Of a DNA stretch of 64,000 bases, positions 8,943 through 19,862 are shown one piece after another. Under the pieces are notes generated by a model. It searched no databases, was not told the DNA's origin, and was given only the letters and a program-made list of their open reading frames with translations. Where the stretch lies: the IMG/VR virus record IMGVR_UViG_3300044807_000022, positions 21,064-85,063 of that record; one strand, written 5' to 3'. Within the stretch, counting starts at the first letter, position 1, and each line of letters starts with the position of its first letter. The stretch comes from a virus. Made by a program: the position numbers and the translations under genes.

Positions 8943-11900
8943 TGGCCGACTTCAACAACCCCAGCGGAGCAGGAGCGAACCTCGGTGAAATCGAGGCGCG
9001 TCTTGCTGCGATCAAGCAGTCGGTCGCGCAACTGGAGTCACGACTTCAGCGGGACGTAGCGGCCGAGTCGAAGGGGGCCAGGCCGGGACGGCGGGCGACC
9101 GAGCGCGCGGTGCGCGACGAGCTTGGTCCCGAGACCACGCGGACGCGGGTGGAGGGCACCAGGGCGACCGAGGCCGACACGGGCGCGACCGAGCGCAACA
9201 CGCGCGCCCACCAGAACCGCACCAGGACGCTTGAGGAGGAGCTACGCGCCCAGCGCAGGGCCACCCGACTCCAGCAGCCGGTTCCGCCGTCCGTGGCCGC
9301 CCAGCAGTCGCGCATCCTGCCACAGGCGGCCAACGCCGAGCAGGACGCGGCGGCGCTGCGGCGGCAGGTGGAGGCCAAGCGTCTCCTGGCGAGTCTCGAC
9401 GGCCGCATGCTCACCGAGCAGCAGGCGGTCAACTCCGCGCTCTCCCAGGACATACAGAAGCGCGAACTGGCGTCACAGGGTCTCCGCAAGCACGGAGCCC
9501 TGACCACCGAGTTCATCAGCGCCGCCGCGCGCGGCAACGTGACCCTGCGCGAAATGGGCTTCCAGGTCGGGGCCACGGTCGGCAAGTTCGCCGGGTGGAC
9601 CGCCGCCGCCGGGGCCACGTACGGCGCGCTCGCGGCGGTCACCGCTCTCGGCAAGGGTGCGCTCGACGCCTCCAGCCAGGTCCAGATTCTCTCGAACTAC
9701 ATCACCGAGGGCTTCGACTCGGATCGGGCCAGCGAGCAGCTACGGCAACTCGCTCAGCAGTTCAACCTCCCCGTGGACCAGGTGGGTGAAGCCTTCCAGG
9801 GGATGGGCAAGATATTCCACGACCAGGAGTCCGCTTTCCAGGCCACACAGGCGGCGCTCTACGGCGTGAAGGTGGGCGAGCTTTCGGCCGCCGACTCCAC
9901 CAAGTACCTGACCGCCATCGTGAACGGGTTCCACCTGCCCGCCGAGCGGCTGGCGACGATTCTCGATCAGGTCAACCAGGCCCAGAACAACTACGGCGTA
10001 GCGATCAAGGACACCGTAGCGGGCACCGGCCAGGCCGCAGGCGCGTGGCGCGCGGCGGGCGGCGACCTGAACCAGTTGCTCGCGCTGATCGTGACCGGCG
10101 AGAAGGTCACCGGCCGCTCGGGCGTGAACATCGGCACGGCGCTCCAGCGGTCGGCCGAAATCATCCAGCGCTCGCCCAAGTCGCAGGAGGCGCTGCGCGG
10201 CTACGGGATCGACCCGACGCAGAACATCACGTCGATCTACCAGGAGGCCATCCGCAAGGTTCAGTCGGGCCAGATCAAGGGACCCGACGTGAACAAGCTC
10301 GCGTCGGCGCTCGCGACCCCGCAACTGTCGTCGCGCATTTCACCGATCCTCCAGAACGCCGAGCTTTACAACAACATCTTGCGCGACACGTCGCCCGAGG
10401 CGTCGAAGGGCTCCGCGCAGCGCGAGTTGGAGAACCGGCTGAAGGCCGTCTCCGAGCGCGCCAAGGAGGTCGGCATCAACCTCCAGGCCATCGGGGTCGA
10501 GCTTGGCCGCGCGGGTGCGTTCGACGCGTTCGGTGGCCTGCTCATCACACTGAACCTGACCCTCAAGGCCCTGACCGAGGTCCTGTCGCTGGTCAACGAA
10601 CTGCCCAAGGGCGTGCGCGAGGCCGTCGTCGTGGCTGCCGAGCTTTACGGCATCCTGCGGCTGATCCGGCGCTTCCGCCCGCCGAGCCTGAACGCCGAGA
10701 CGGGCGAGGTCACGCAGACGGGGTTCCTGAAGCAGCGCCCCGAGACTTTCCAGCGCAAGACGCTCCAGGAGGCCGCGCGCAACCAGGTCAAGTTCTACCA
10801 GGACGAGCAGGAGCGGCTGGCCCGCAACCTGCCGACGCAGCGGCTCACTGCCTCCACCGCCGTCGAGACGCGCAACGCCGTCGCCGCGCGCGAGGCCGCC
10901 GCCGTGCAGGCTGGCAGCGCCGACGCCGGACGACGCCTGATCGCGGCCGAGACGGCGGCCACGAACTCGCTGGCTCGGGTGGCCGAGACCGAGGCGCAGC
11001 TTGCCGCCGTCGAGGCGCGCCTGATCGCCGCCCGCGAAGCTGAAACTGCCGTTAGCAATTCCAACCTGCGTCAGGCGAAGCGCCAGGGCAAGGATGCGAC
11101 CACGGTCGCTCGCGAGGCTGGCATCTACCACCAGCCCGGCACGACGGACCGGCCGACGCCGGATCGCCCCGTGCCGGTGGCCGGTGGCCCCGGCGCGGCC
11201 AAGCGGGTCTCGGAGGAGGCCACGAAGATCGCCCGGCAGGAGCAGGAGATAGCCGCCGCGCAGAGCAGGTTCGGTGGGGTCACCGAGCGCGTCTCGAACG
11301 GCTTCAACCGAGCGCGCGGCGGGATCGACCGACTGGCGTCAGGACTTCGCGGCTTCGCGGGCTCGATGGGTGGCTTGTTCACCGCCGGGCTCATCACGCT
11401 TTTCGCCGCCGACGCGCTCAAGAACTACTTCGAGAACCAGGGCAAGAAGGCCGACCGTCTCGGCAGCGGCCCGCAGAGCCAGGCCGAGGCCGACCGCTGG
11501 CGGGAGGGCGACTTCGGCCACTCGTTCGGTGACCTCTACGACCCGACGACCGACCGGCTGAACCGCGACACCGAGCAGCGCTACTACGACCTCCAGCAGC
11601 AGGTCATCAACGGCCGGAAGCCCTACTCGGCGTTCGTGCGCCACCGGCCCACGCGCTACCAGCAGGCGACGAGCCTGTTCCGGGATGCGCCGCCGCTCGG
11701 GAGCACGCAGCAGGGCTTCGGCCCGGACGATCCGTTCAACGCGCCCGGTCCCAACACCGGGTTCAACAACAAGCTCGGCCTGTTCGGTGCGCCGCCGCCC
11801 AAGCCGTCGTACACCGGCCCGGTGCCGTTCAGGTTCGTGGGCGACATTGTGGCCGACGCCAAGGCCGTCGTGGACCTCTACAAGCAGGGCAAGGCGTCCA

Positions 11901-13555
11901 GGCAGGAGGCTCAGGATGCGGTCCACAAGGCCCTCCAGGAGACGCAGACCGCGCGCGGGTCCGAGAAGGACGTAGCGGCGGGCAAGCGCCTCCTCCAGCA
12001 GACCCGCGCGGTGCTCGGCCCCGACGCGAAGCACCACATCAGCCTCCTCCAGGAACTCAAGGCGCTCTCGCCCAAGGACCTGATCGCGTACGTCCAGGGC
12101 AACACGGCGGCCATCGAAGGGCTCGGCACCGACAAGGGGAACCTGGGGGCCGCTGCGGTCGCTCTGCGGGCCGCTATCGCCAAGGGCGGGGCTCACCCGA
12201 CCGGAGACCAGGCGAAGGCGATCAAGGCCGCACGCGACGGCGTGAAGGCCACGCTCGCGCAGATCGACCAGGAGTACCAGGAGGCAGTGTCGCTCGCGGA
12301 CGGCAGCGCCGGGGCCGAGGCGCGCGCGTTCAACGAGGCCAAGGCCAAGATCGGCAAGACGCACGGCGGCAAGGACGCGGCGCGCCAGATGCAGACGCTC
12401 GTCAGCGAGGCCATCGCGCAGGCGTCGAAGGACCTCCAGGACGACCTGGTGCTCGCGCGCGGTGACCCGTCCAGGATCGCGGCGGCCTACCGGCGGGCGA
12501 TGCAGAAGGTCAAGGGCACCGGCAACTCGCGCCAGTCGCAGGTGGCTCAGCAGCAGCTTCTCGAACAGCAGTTCCAGCAGGACGTGACGAACATCGACTC
12601 GTCCACGAACCTCGCGGCTGCCCGCGACCCCGCCAACGCCATCGGTATCCGCCTGCGTGGCATCGGCCAGAAAATCGCAGCGGCAATCAGGACTTTCGGT
12701 CGCAACTCGAACCAGGTCCAAGACCTCATCGCCCAGCAGTACGACCTCCAGAAGCAGGCGGTCGATGAACAGGTCGCGCTCATCAACGCGAACACGTCGG
12801 TCGCGCAGGCGACGGCGAAGACCCCGGCGGGCGAGGCGCGCGCGGCGGTCAGCGGTGCGCTGGCGGCCTACAACGCCATGAAGGCGTCCGGCAAGTACAA
12901 GCCGTCCGAGCTTCGCGCCGCGTACGGCCAGTACCTCGCGGCCGTGAAGGGCCTCCACCAGCAGCTTCGCGCCGACGCTCAGGCGTACGCCGACTCCGTG
13001 ACCGCGCTCGCGCTCTCGCGCACCGACGACCCGGTGAAGCAGGCCACGATCCAGCTTCAGGCCGCCCTCCGCAACCTCCGCAGGGCACAGACGCCGACCG
13101 AGCGCAACCAGGCCCTCGCGGCGGTGAACACTGCGCGCCGGAACCGTCGCCAGACGATCCAGCAGGGCAAGTACGACGACATTGAGTATTACGCGAGCAT
13201 CGGCAAGCTCACCGCCGACGCCGAGATTCAGTCGCTCGAAGCGCTGGAGAAGTCCATCAAGGGCAACAAGAACCTGCGCCGCCAGATCAAGCAGCGCATC
13301 TACCAGTTGAAGCAGCAGTTGAACTCGGACGCCAACGGCCTCGACCTGAACCTCGACAACATCAAGCTCCCCACCACCTACGAGATTCGCCGCGCCGTGC
13401 TCGGCGGCGGCCCCCGGCGCTCGAACATCACCGTCCACAACCGTCCCACGGTGAACGTGGAAGTGAACGACCCCGGCGCTGCCGATGCGGTCTACACGGC
13501 CATCGAGGACACCCTTGGAACGTCGCTCACCGCCGCCAGGAGGGCAGGCCGCTAA
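8942..13555 (+). CDS. Tape measure protein
   Basis: 1537 aa Ala/Gln-rich helical protein with TP901-like core (TGRSGVNIGTAL). Confidence 0.9.
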   Translation: MADFNNPSGAGANLGEIEARLAAIKQSVAQLESRLQRDVAAESKGARPGRRATERAVRDELGPETTRTRVEGTRATEADTGATERNTRAHQNRTRTLEEELRAQRRATRLQQPVPPSVAAQQSRILPQAANAEQDAAALRRQVEAKRLLASLDGRMLTEQQAVNSALSQDIQKRELASQGLRKHGALTTEFISAAARGNVTLREMGFQVGATVGKFAGWTAAAGATYGALAAVTALGKGALDASSQVQILSNYITEGFDSDRASEQLRQLAQQFNLPVDQVGEAFQGMGKIFHDQESAFQATQAALYGVKVGELSAADSTKYLTAIVNGFHLPAERLATILDQVNQAQNNYGVAIKDTVAGTGQAAGAWRAAGGDLNQLLALIVTGEKVTGRSGVNIGTALQRSAEIIQRSPKSQEALRGYGIDPTQNITSIYQEAIRKVQSGQIKGPDVNKLASALATPQLSSRISPILQNAELYNNILRDTSPEASKGSAQRELENRLKAVSERAKEVGINLQAIGVELGRAGAFDAFGGLLITLNLTLKALTEVLSLVNELPKGVREAVVVAAELYGILRLIRRFRPPSLNAETGEVTQTGFLKQRPETFQRKTLQEAARNQVKFYQDEQERLARNLPTQRLTASTAVETRNAVAAREAAAVQAGSADAGRRLIAAETAATNSLARVAETEAQLAAVEARLIAAREAETAVSNSNLRQAKRQGKDATTVAREAGIYHQPGTTDRPTPDRPVPVAGGPGAAKRVSEEATKIARQEQEIAAAQSRFGGVTERVSNGFNRARGGIDRLASGLRGFAGSMGGLFTAGLITLFAADALKNYFENQGKKADRLGSGPQSQAEADRWREGDFGHSFGDLYDPTTDRLNRDTEQRYYDLQQQVINGRKPYSAFVRHRPTRYQQATSLFRDAPPLGSTQQGFGPDDPFNAPGPNTGFNNKLGLFGAPPPKPSYTGPVPFRFVGDIVADAKAVVDLYKQGKASRQEAQDAVHKALQETQTARGSEKDVAAGKRLLQQTRAVLGPDAKHHISLLQELKALSPKDLIAYVQGNTAAIEGLGTDKGNLGAAAVALRAAIAKGGAHPTGDQAKAIKAARDGVKATLAQIDQEYQEAVSLADGSAGAEARAFNEAKAKIGKTHGGKDAARQMQTLVSEAIAQASKDLQDDLVLARGDPSRIAAAYRRAMQKVKGTGNSRQSQVAQQQLLEQQFQQDVTNIDSSTNLAAARDPANAIGIRLRGIGQKIAAAIRTFGRNSNQVQDLIAQQYDLQKQAVDEQVALINANTSVAQATAKTPAGEARAAVSGALAAYNAMKASGKYKPSELRAAYGQYLAAVKGLHQQLRADAQAYADSVTALALSRTDDPVKQATIQLQAALRNLRRAQTPTERNQALAAVNTARRNRRQTIQQGKYDDIEYYASIGKLTADAEIQSLEALEKSIKGNKNLRRQIKQRIYQLKQQLNSDANGLDLNLDNIKLPTTYEIRRAVLGGGPRRSNITVHNRPTVNVEVNDPGAADAVYTAIEDTLGTSLTAARRAGR

Positions 13556-13992
13556 TGCCGCGCACCGCCAACCGCTTCCTGAACCCGTGGACAGGTGCCA
13601 CGTACGACTGGCCGATCAACCACTCCGAGGAGGAGTCGTTCGGCAAGGCGCGGAACATCGAGCACACCGCGCCGACGAGCGCCAACGGGCTCATCCGTCA
13701 GCAGGGCGACGATAGTCCGATGACAATTAAGATTTCAGGGACGGTCTTCCACAAGGCGCAGCACCAGGCGTTCATCGACTGGTTCGAGCGGAGCCGGACG
13801 CAGACCATCTACTGGCGGAACTTCGACGGCGAGGAGTTCGAGGTCATCTTCACCAGCTACCAGCCGCAGAAGCACCGCACGCTGCGCAACCCGCGCGACT
13901 TCGCGAACGCGCCCTACCACTACTGGACGTACACGATGGAGTTCGACGTGGTGCGCTTCATATCGGGCGTCTGGGAAGACACCCTCCCCTAG
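13555..13992 (+). CDS. Distal tail protein-like minor tail protein
   Basis: Immediately after tape measure; 145 aa. Confidence 0.55.
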   Translation: MPRTANRFLNPWTGATYDWPINHSEEESFGKARNIEHTAPTSANGLIRQQGDDSPMTIKISGTVFHKAQHQAFIDWFERSRTQTIYWRNFDGEEFEVIFTSYQPQKHRTLRNPRDFANAPYHYWTYTMEFDVVRFISGVWEDTLP

Positions 13993-13996
13993 CCCC

Positions 13997-16135
13997 ATGG
14001 CTCTCGTTGACGACGCATTCGAGGTCCGCTGGCAGTGGGGCGACTGGTTCGAGACCCCCCCGGCATACGTCGGCCGGGTCAAGCCGACGCTGCGCGTGGC
14101 GATGCGGCGCGGCAAGCTCGTCCGTGCCTTCGATGAGTGGGACCCGCGCGACGACTTCGCCACGATCCCCGGCCAGTCGGTGCAGCACCCGTGGCAGGCG
14201 ACGTGGACCCCCAGCGAGGACTACGTGGACATTCCGGGCGTGCTCGACATGGACCTCGCGCAGGACTTCGCGAACAACGGCCAGACGCGCGCGACGATCC
14301 AGGTGGAGAACACCGTCATGGTCGAGCGGGTCGGCGCGCTCGGGCACATCTTCAGGACCATCGAGAAGGGCTACTTGAGCCCCTGGCGGGGATACAAGAA
14401 CGACAGTCTGAGTTTCCCCCCGCCCTCCGAGCCCAAGAACGAGTGGTTCCAGCGGCTCAACCGCAACGTGCAGATCACCGCCTGGGCCGGGTACGGCGAG
14501 GACTTCATGCTGCCGGTCTGGACCGGACTGGTGGACGACCTCGATATGTCATCGAAGCCCGCGAAGATCACCATTACTGCGCGGGACTTTGGACAGATAC
14601 TCACCGACCAGGTGGTGTTCGGGCGCATACGCGGACCGAACACGGTCAGGGAGCCCGTCGTCTTCGCGGACCGCGACAAGAGCACCATCATCGTCAAGGC
14701 GGCGGGTAAGCCCAAGGCGTCCTCGCACATGAAGGGCCACCCGCCCGCGTTCGGGATCGACAAGAGCAACAAGACGCGCTGGATCAGCAGCGGCCACGAC
14801 TCGGCGGACCACACCGAGTGGTTCCAGTTCGCCGTGCCCAAGGGCAAGTACGAGCGCCTGTATCTCTACCCGGCGTTCAACAACATGGAGTTGTTCATAT
14901 CGGTCCACGTGAAGAACAAGGGCCTGAAGGGCAAGCCTGCGCACGCGTTCGATCAGCCGGTCCCGAACGGCTGGCTGGACCTACCCGGTCACGGCTACGT
15001 GACGAACGACGAGGGTCAGACGATCCCGTTCATTCGACACATCAAGTCCACGCAGGCGAAGGGCACCTACTACAACATCGTGGACCTGAACGTGGGCGAC
15101 GGCACCGAGATTCGCCTGACGTTCAAGAAGCTGCGGCGGTGGAGTCACGACGGCCGCTACCACGCCGGGGTGTTCACCACGAACGCGCGTCACCGCAAGC
15201 TCAAGCCGAACGTGAAGAAGTCGAAGCTCATCCTGGTCGATGACGTGACCGACGTTGCGAAGGTCCTGTTCCGGTGGGCGGGCTTCAAGGAATGGGAGGT
15301 CGAGAAGTCGGGCGTGCGGCTCAAGGAGAACTTCGTCGTGCCGCGCTCGGACTCGCTGATGGACCCGGTGAAGAAGGTGTGCGAGCAGACCGGCTTCGTC
15401 TTCTTCATGGGTGATCCCACCACTTGGGAAGACTCGATTGGCGTTCCGATTTTGCGCCACAACTCCGTGTTCGGTGATCCGTCCGCCACGCGCGTCGTGC
15501 GCGACACCGATCTGCTCACCGGCATGAACGTGAAGATCAGCGACGACCCGCTCAAGTGGCCCATCTTCGTGCGTGGCAGGCTCAGCAAGGGCAAGAAGGA
15601 CAAGGAGGCCACCGGGCAGATCGGGCTGACCAACTTCTTTGGCGAGCCCAAGCGCGTCGGCGCGAAAATCTACCCGCCGTGGAAGGGCCGCATGGCCGAG
15701 GTAATGAAGCACGCCTTCCACTACGACACAAAGCTGAAGTCCGAGCTTGAGTGCCTGATGGCCTGCTACCTGATCGCACTCCAGATGGCGTTGCAGTCCG
15801 CGACGGCGGTGATCGAGATACCGGCGAACCCCGGAATCGAGTTGGACCATCAGATCGTGGTCAAGGACACCGCCACCGGGCTCACCCAGCGCCTCTACAT
15901 CGCGCAACGCAACATGACGCTGACGCGCGGCGAGAACACCAAGTTCACGATGACGCTCGGCGGCTCGCTGATCGACACCCCGGACATTCAGGGCGTGCTT
16001 GACGCGATGCGCAAGGTCGATTGGGGCGATCAGGAGGACGGCATCATTCCGGTCATGGCGAGCGGCCCTGGTGCCAACCTCAGCCAGGGCGACGAACTGG
16101 TCACGGCGAGTGGCCCCGGAGCCAACCTCACGTAA
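13997..16135 (+). CDS. Baseplate hub/Tal-like minor tail protein with F5/8-type (discoidin-like) insert
   Basis: VWTGLVDD hub-like motif; KASSH...AFGIDKSNKTRWIS...EWFQF resembles F5/8C carbohydrate-binding domain. Confidence 0.6.
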   Translation: MALVDDAFEVRWQWGDWFETPPAYVGRVKPTLRVAMRRGKLVRAFDEWDPRDDFATIPGQSVQHPWQATWTPSEDYVDIPGVLDMDLAQDFANNGQTRATIQVENTVMVERVGALGHIFRTIEKGYLSPWRGYKNDSLSFPPPSEPKNEWFQRLNRNVQITAWAGYGEDFMLPVWTGLVDDLDMSSKPAKITITARDFGQILTDQVVFGRIRGPNTVREPVVFADRDKSTIIVKAAGKPKASSHMKGHPPAFGIDKSNKTRWISSGHDSADHTEWFQFAVPKGKYERLYLYPAFNNMELFISVHVKNKGLKGKPAHAFDQPVPNGWLDLPGHGYVTNDEGQTIPFIRHIKSTQAKGTYYNIVDLNVGDGTEIRLTFKKLRRWSHDGRYHAGVFTTNARHRKLKPNVKKSKLILVDDVTDVAKVLFRWAGFKEWEVEKSGVRLKENFVVPRSDSLMDPVKKVCEQTGFVFFMGDPTTWEDSIGVPILRHNSVFGDPSATRVVRDTDLLTGMNVKISDDPLKWPIFVRGRLSKGKKDKEATGQIGLTNFFGEPKRVGAKIYPPWKGRMAEVMKHAFHYDTKLKSELECLMACYLIALQMALQSATAVIEIPANPGIELDHQIVVKDTATGLTQRLYIAQRNMTLTRGENTKFTMTLGGSLIDTPDIQGVLDAMRKVDWGDQEDGIIPVMASGPGANLSQGDELVTASGPGANLT

Positions 16136-16617
16136 TGCCGCCACGCGACGTACAGCGCGGCGCGGGCCGCATCAAGACGCACTCGCTCCAGCGTTCGCTG
16201 GCGGCGCTGTCGATCAACGTCGTGCGCGAGGAGAAGGCCCGCGAGGACGAGCTTGAGCCGCAGCGGCTCGCGGAGGGCGAGCAACAGTTCCAGATCGACG
16301 TGAGCGGCAAGGCCACGGGCGTACCTGACTGGCAGGACGCCTACCTCGACTTCACCGAGGCGCTGTTCTGCCTGGAGGGCGAGCGCGACAACCCGGCCGT
16401 CGAGCCGCAGTTCTGGTGGGGGGTCAAGCTCGATTCTGCGATTCCCGTCATGTTTTCCGTCCTGGTGATGGAGTGGAATACGGACCAGAACGAGGCGTTC
16501 ACCGGAGCCAAGTGCAAGGTGGGCGTGTGGTCGCTTAGCGGTGATGTGGAGTTTCGAGGTCGTGTCCACGTGACGTTTCAGGGCTACGGCACACCTGTCA
16601 TGGACGAATCGGAGTAG
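16135..16617 (+). CDS. Minor tail protein (putative)
   Basis: ATG overlapping upstream TAA (MPPRDVQRG...). Confidence 0.5.
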   Translation: MPPRDVQRGAGRIKTHSLQRSLAALSINVVREEKAREDELEPQRLAEGEQQFQIDVSGKATGVPDWQDAYLDFTEALFCLEGERDNPAVEPQFWWGVKLDSAIPVMFSVLVMEWNTDQNEAFTGAKCKVGVWSLSGDVEFRGRVHVTFQGYGTPVMDESE

Positions 16618-16620
16618 CGA

Positions 16621-18351
16621 ATGCACAAGGGCACCTTCTCGGGAATCTCGATCCTCGATCTGGGCGAGGGGATCACCGACGCCGGGGCGGCGTTCGGCGG
16701 ACAGGACCGTTCGATCATGGACCGGCTCCTGGAGGTCGGCGCGGTCACGCACCGCCACGACGCGCACGCTCCGCTGCCTGACCCCATCGCCGCGCCGAGC
16801 GCCGTTGTCGCGACCAGCGGCGGCGCGATCCCCGGCGACCGGACGATCTACGTCGGGTTCACCCTGCTCGACTCGTCGGGCGGCGAGACGCTGCTGTCCG
16901 AGGTCGAAATCGAGACGACGGCCGCGCAGTACGACGCGCCCACGACTGCGCCCGAGGCGAGCGCCGACTACAGCGCGGGCTCGCTGCTGACCGGCACCTA
17001 CCACTACGCGATCACCTTCACGGATGGCGTCGGCGGCGAGACCTCCATCGGCCCGCCCGTCGTCGTGACCCGCGACCCCGGCTACGCGTCGGGGCAGGTC
17101 CACCTGTGGGGCATGGCAGACGCGATGGCCGAGGTAGACGCGGCGGGCTGGCGGCTCTACCGCTCGACCGGGGGCGGCGAGTACGACTTCCTGGCCGAGG
17201 GGGCGACCGACACCTTCACCGACACCGGGGCGATCCCGCTCAACTGCGCCGTCCACCCACCGACCACATTCCAGAACACGACGGCGGGCGCGAATCTCCT
17301 GACTGTCGTCGTACCTTCAGGATCGGCTGGCGTGTCGTCGGCGGCGAGCCAGTTCCGCCTCTACCTGTCGGAGGACGGCCTGTTCGAGGACCCGTCCCTG
17401 TACGGCACCTACCCGCCGTCGAGCGCAGGCGTGGACATAGTGATCCCGTCGCTGCTGCTGCTGCGCGGAGCCCCGCCGCTCGTCTCGCAAGCGCTGCGCG
17501 GCGCGAACCAGATCGACCCCGACACGGAGTTGATCGACTGGCACTGGAAGCGCCCCGTGGCGACCGTAGGCGACCTGCCCGACGCGTCCGAGGGCGCGGA
17601 GGACGGCGACGTGCGCGTGGTGCTCTCAGACGGCCTCCCTCGCCGCTACCTGTCGGGCTCCTGGGACACCTGGAACATGGGCGCGGGCACGATCACCGCG
17701 CAGGGCAGCGCGGGCGTCGGCGCGATCAGACTGGTCGGCTCGGGCGAGGTCGGCGTCTCGGCCGTCACCACGTCGGCGGGCGAGACCACCTGGACGATCT
17801 ACGCGCCGAGCGCGGCGGCTGGCGGCGGCGGCGCTGGGTCCATCAACGTCCACTACGCGAAGGTCTCGAACGAGGTCACCGACCTGGAGTTCGCCCCGGA
17901 CGGCCTCACCGTCACCGTCAACGTCACGGACGGCTTCGCGACGGTCATCCACAAGCCCGCCGGACGCACGGAGACGGGGCAGGAGTGGTTCACGTCGTCG
18001 GGCGACGTGGTGGACGATGCCGTCATCAGCCTCGCGCCGGGCTACCGACTGATCCACTGCTCGGTAAACCAGGCGGCGCGCGTGCGCGTCTACTCGGATG
18101 CCGCCGCGCAGGCGGCCGACTCGGCGCGCGGGATCGGCGTGGCCCCGACCGGCGACCACGGCGTGATCTACGAGCACGTCTTCCCGACCGGCTCGCTGGA
18201 CCATCGCATCGCCCCGAACATCATGGGCTCGGTGTTCGACAACCCCGGCGGCGGGATCGCGGAAGTGCCCATCACGATCACGGCCATGGACAGCGAGGCG
18301 TCCACCATCGTCACGTTCTGGTGGCAGCAGACGGAAGCCTATAACCCCTAA
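16621..18351 (+). CDS. Tail fibre/minor tail protein
   Basis: 576 aa Gly/Thr/Ser-rich with two repeated GTY.Y.ITF.D..GGET-type modules. Confidence 0.6.
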   Translation: MHKGTFSGISILDLGEGITDAGAAFGGQDRSIMDRLLEVGAVTHRHDAHAPLPDPIAAPSAVVATSGGAIPGDRTIYVGFTLLDSSGGETLLSEVEIETTAAQYDAPTTAPEASADYSAGSLLTGTYHYAITFTDGVGGETSIGPPVVVTRDPGYASGQVHLWGMADAMAEVDAAGWRLYRSTGGGEYDFLAEGATDTFTDTGAIPLNCAVHPPTTFQNTTAGANLLTVVVPSGSAGVSSAASQFRLYLSEDGLFEDPSLYGTYPPSSAGVDIVIPSLLLLRGAPPLVSQALRGANQIDPDTELIDWHWKRPVATVGDLPDASEGAEDGDVRVVLSDGLPRRYLSGSWDTWNMGAGTITAQGSAGVGAIRLVGSGEVGVSAVTTSAGETTWTIYAPSAAAGGGGAGSINVHYAKVSNEVTDLEFAPDGLTVTVNVTDGFATVIHKPAGRTETGQEWFTSSGDVVDDAVISLAPGYRLIHCSVNQAARVRVYSDAAAQAADSARGIGVAPTGDHGVIYEHVFPTGSLDHRIAPNIMGSVFDNPGGGIAEVPITITAMDSEASTIVTFWWQQTEAYNP

Positions 18352-18371
18352 CGGGAGTTAGGACTTCTCAG

Positions 18372-19028
18372 GTGGTCCTCGACTTCCTCAACGCAGCACC
18401 GACCCAGGCACAGGAGGACGCCGCGCGGGCGGTGCTCGGCCCCACCTGCCTGTTCAAGTGGAGCCAGTTCGATCACACCGTGCGCGTCCAGTGGGTCGAT
18501 CACCCAGGTCCGGTCGGGGGCATCCCGCCGGGGCAGATCGACACCGAGTTCTACGCCTACACCACCATCGGGGCCGGGCCGACGCCGACGCTCGACGTGC
18601 AGCTACGGAACACGCTCGGGCTCGGGCCGGACGCGGAGGGCGACTTCTACAAGCTGAGCCGCTACCCGCCGAACACGCTCAACTTCATCACCGAGTGCAT
18701 GGTCCACGAATTGGGCCACATCGTCGTCGGCTATATCCCGGACGCTGACGTGCTGTTCCCGCCGCTGTTCTACCTGAACGGGCGGCAGGGCACGGCGGCC
18801 GACTGGCAGCCGCACGACCGGCATGAGTACCTTCAGATTGTGGAGGCCACCGTCGAGACCTTCAAGGACGCGTACTACCCCAGCCGCGCGACCGACTCGT
18901 TCTCCTTCTGGCGCATGCCGCGCGGCAACTTCGCCGCGTTCATCCGCCTGTTCCCGCAGCCGGGCGAGGACCTGACGCCGTACCCCAAGTGGCACATCAC
19001 GTTCTTCGCGCCGGGCGGTGAGACCTAA
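18372..19028 (+). CDS. HExxH zinc-metallopeptidase-like protein
   Basis: MVHELGHIV motif with downstream Glu (VEATVETF). Confidence 0.55.
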   Translation: MVLDFLNAAPTQAQEDAARAVLGPTCLFKWSQFDHTVRVQWVDHPGPVGGIPPGQIDTEFYAYTTIGAGPTPTLDVQLRNTLGLGPDAEGDFYKLSRYPPNTLNFITECMVHELGHIVVGYIPDADVLFPPLFYLNGRQGTAADWQPHDRHEYLQIVEATVETFKDAYYPSRATDSFSFWRMPRGNFAAFIRLFPQPGEDLTPYPKWHITFFAPGGET

Positions 19029-19804
19029 TGCCGCCGCCCTACTACGGCACCGACGCGTACAACCAGAGCAAGGGCAACTGGAACTCGTTCGCGAGCGAGA
19101 CCATCCCGCCGCAGAAGCGCGGTGGTCCGCTCGTCGCGAGCGGTGACTTCAGGCGCACCGCTGGAGAGTGGCCCACGATTGCGCTGGTCGATTACGCGTT
19201 CCTCGGCATCCCCGGCGACGGCGGCATCCGCTCGGTCTCGCAGGAGTTCTTGGACTGGCCGAACAACAACTTCCCGTTCTTTCAGAGCGGCTGGACGATG
19301 CAGCAGGGCTGGATGGTCTGGGTCAGGTGGAAGTTCTACAACGGGCCGGTGATGCCGCAGCATGAGGTCCAGGTGCCGTGGGGCAACCAGCCAGAGGGCT
19401 CGTTCCTCGGCCCCGACCGTTTCAAGGACCCGAACGTCCACACTCTGATCTTCCCGTCCGGTGTGCCGTTGTGGACCTACACGATGCAACTGCCGTCAGA
19501 GGTTGATCGGTTCACCTGCGACATGCAGTACGTCGGTGGGCCGCAGACGCACATCAACAACTTCTTCGGCTTCGGCTCCTTCTACCTCAGCCACCAGATC
19601 GCCCCCGAGCCGCCGCCGTGGCCGTACAAGGAGCCCATCGTCGTGCCGTCGCCAGCCGGGACGCGCAGGTACGACCGCAACACGGCCGTCAAGCTCGCGC
19701 GGCACCACCTGGAGCGCCGACAGCGGGGCTCGCGCCGGGTGAGCGGCAACGCCGCCGACCCTCTCCTGTTCAACGGGCAGGACCCGAACACGATCATCAC
19801 GTAG
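19028..19804 (+). CDS. Hypothetical (probably virion) protein
   Basis: 258 aa aromatic-rich, translationally coupled at end of tail module. Confidence 0.5.
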   Translation: MPPPYYGTDAYNQSKGNWNSFASETIPPQKRGGPLVASGDFRRTAGEWPTIALVDYAFLGIPGDGGIRSVSQEFLDWPNNNFPFFQSGWTMQQGWMVWVRWKFYNGPVMPQHEVQVPWGNQPEGSFLGPDRFKDPNVHTLIFPSGVPLWTYTMQLPSEVDRFTCDMQYVGGPQTHINNFFGFGSFYLSHQIAPEPPPWPYKEPIVVPSPAGTRRYDRNTAVKLARHHLERRQRGSRRVSGNAADPLLFNGQDPNTIIT

Positions 19805-19862
19805 TCGTCCGGCGCGGCGGCCAGAATCTCCTCGGTCGAGAACTCGTAACTGGAGGTAGGTT

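Noticed and set aside
11339-13438. Long opposite-strand ORFs such as the 699-aa ORF antisense to the tape measure
   Set aside because: Typical shadow ORFs of high-GC coding DNA with no motifs or RBS
16621-19804. Diversity-generating retroelement acting on tail fibres
   Set aside because: No reverse transcriptase and no template/variable repeat pair seen
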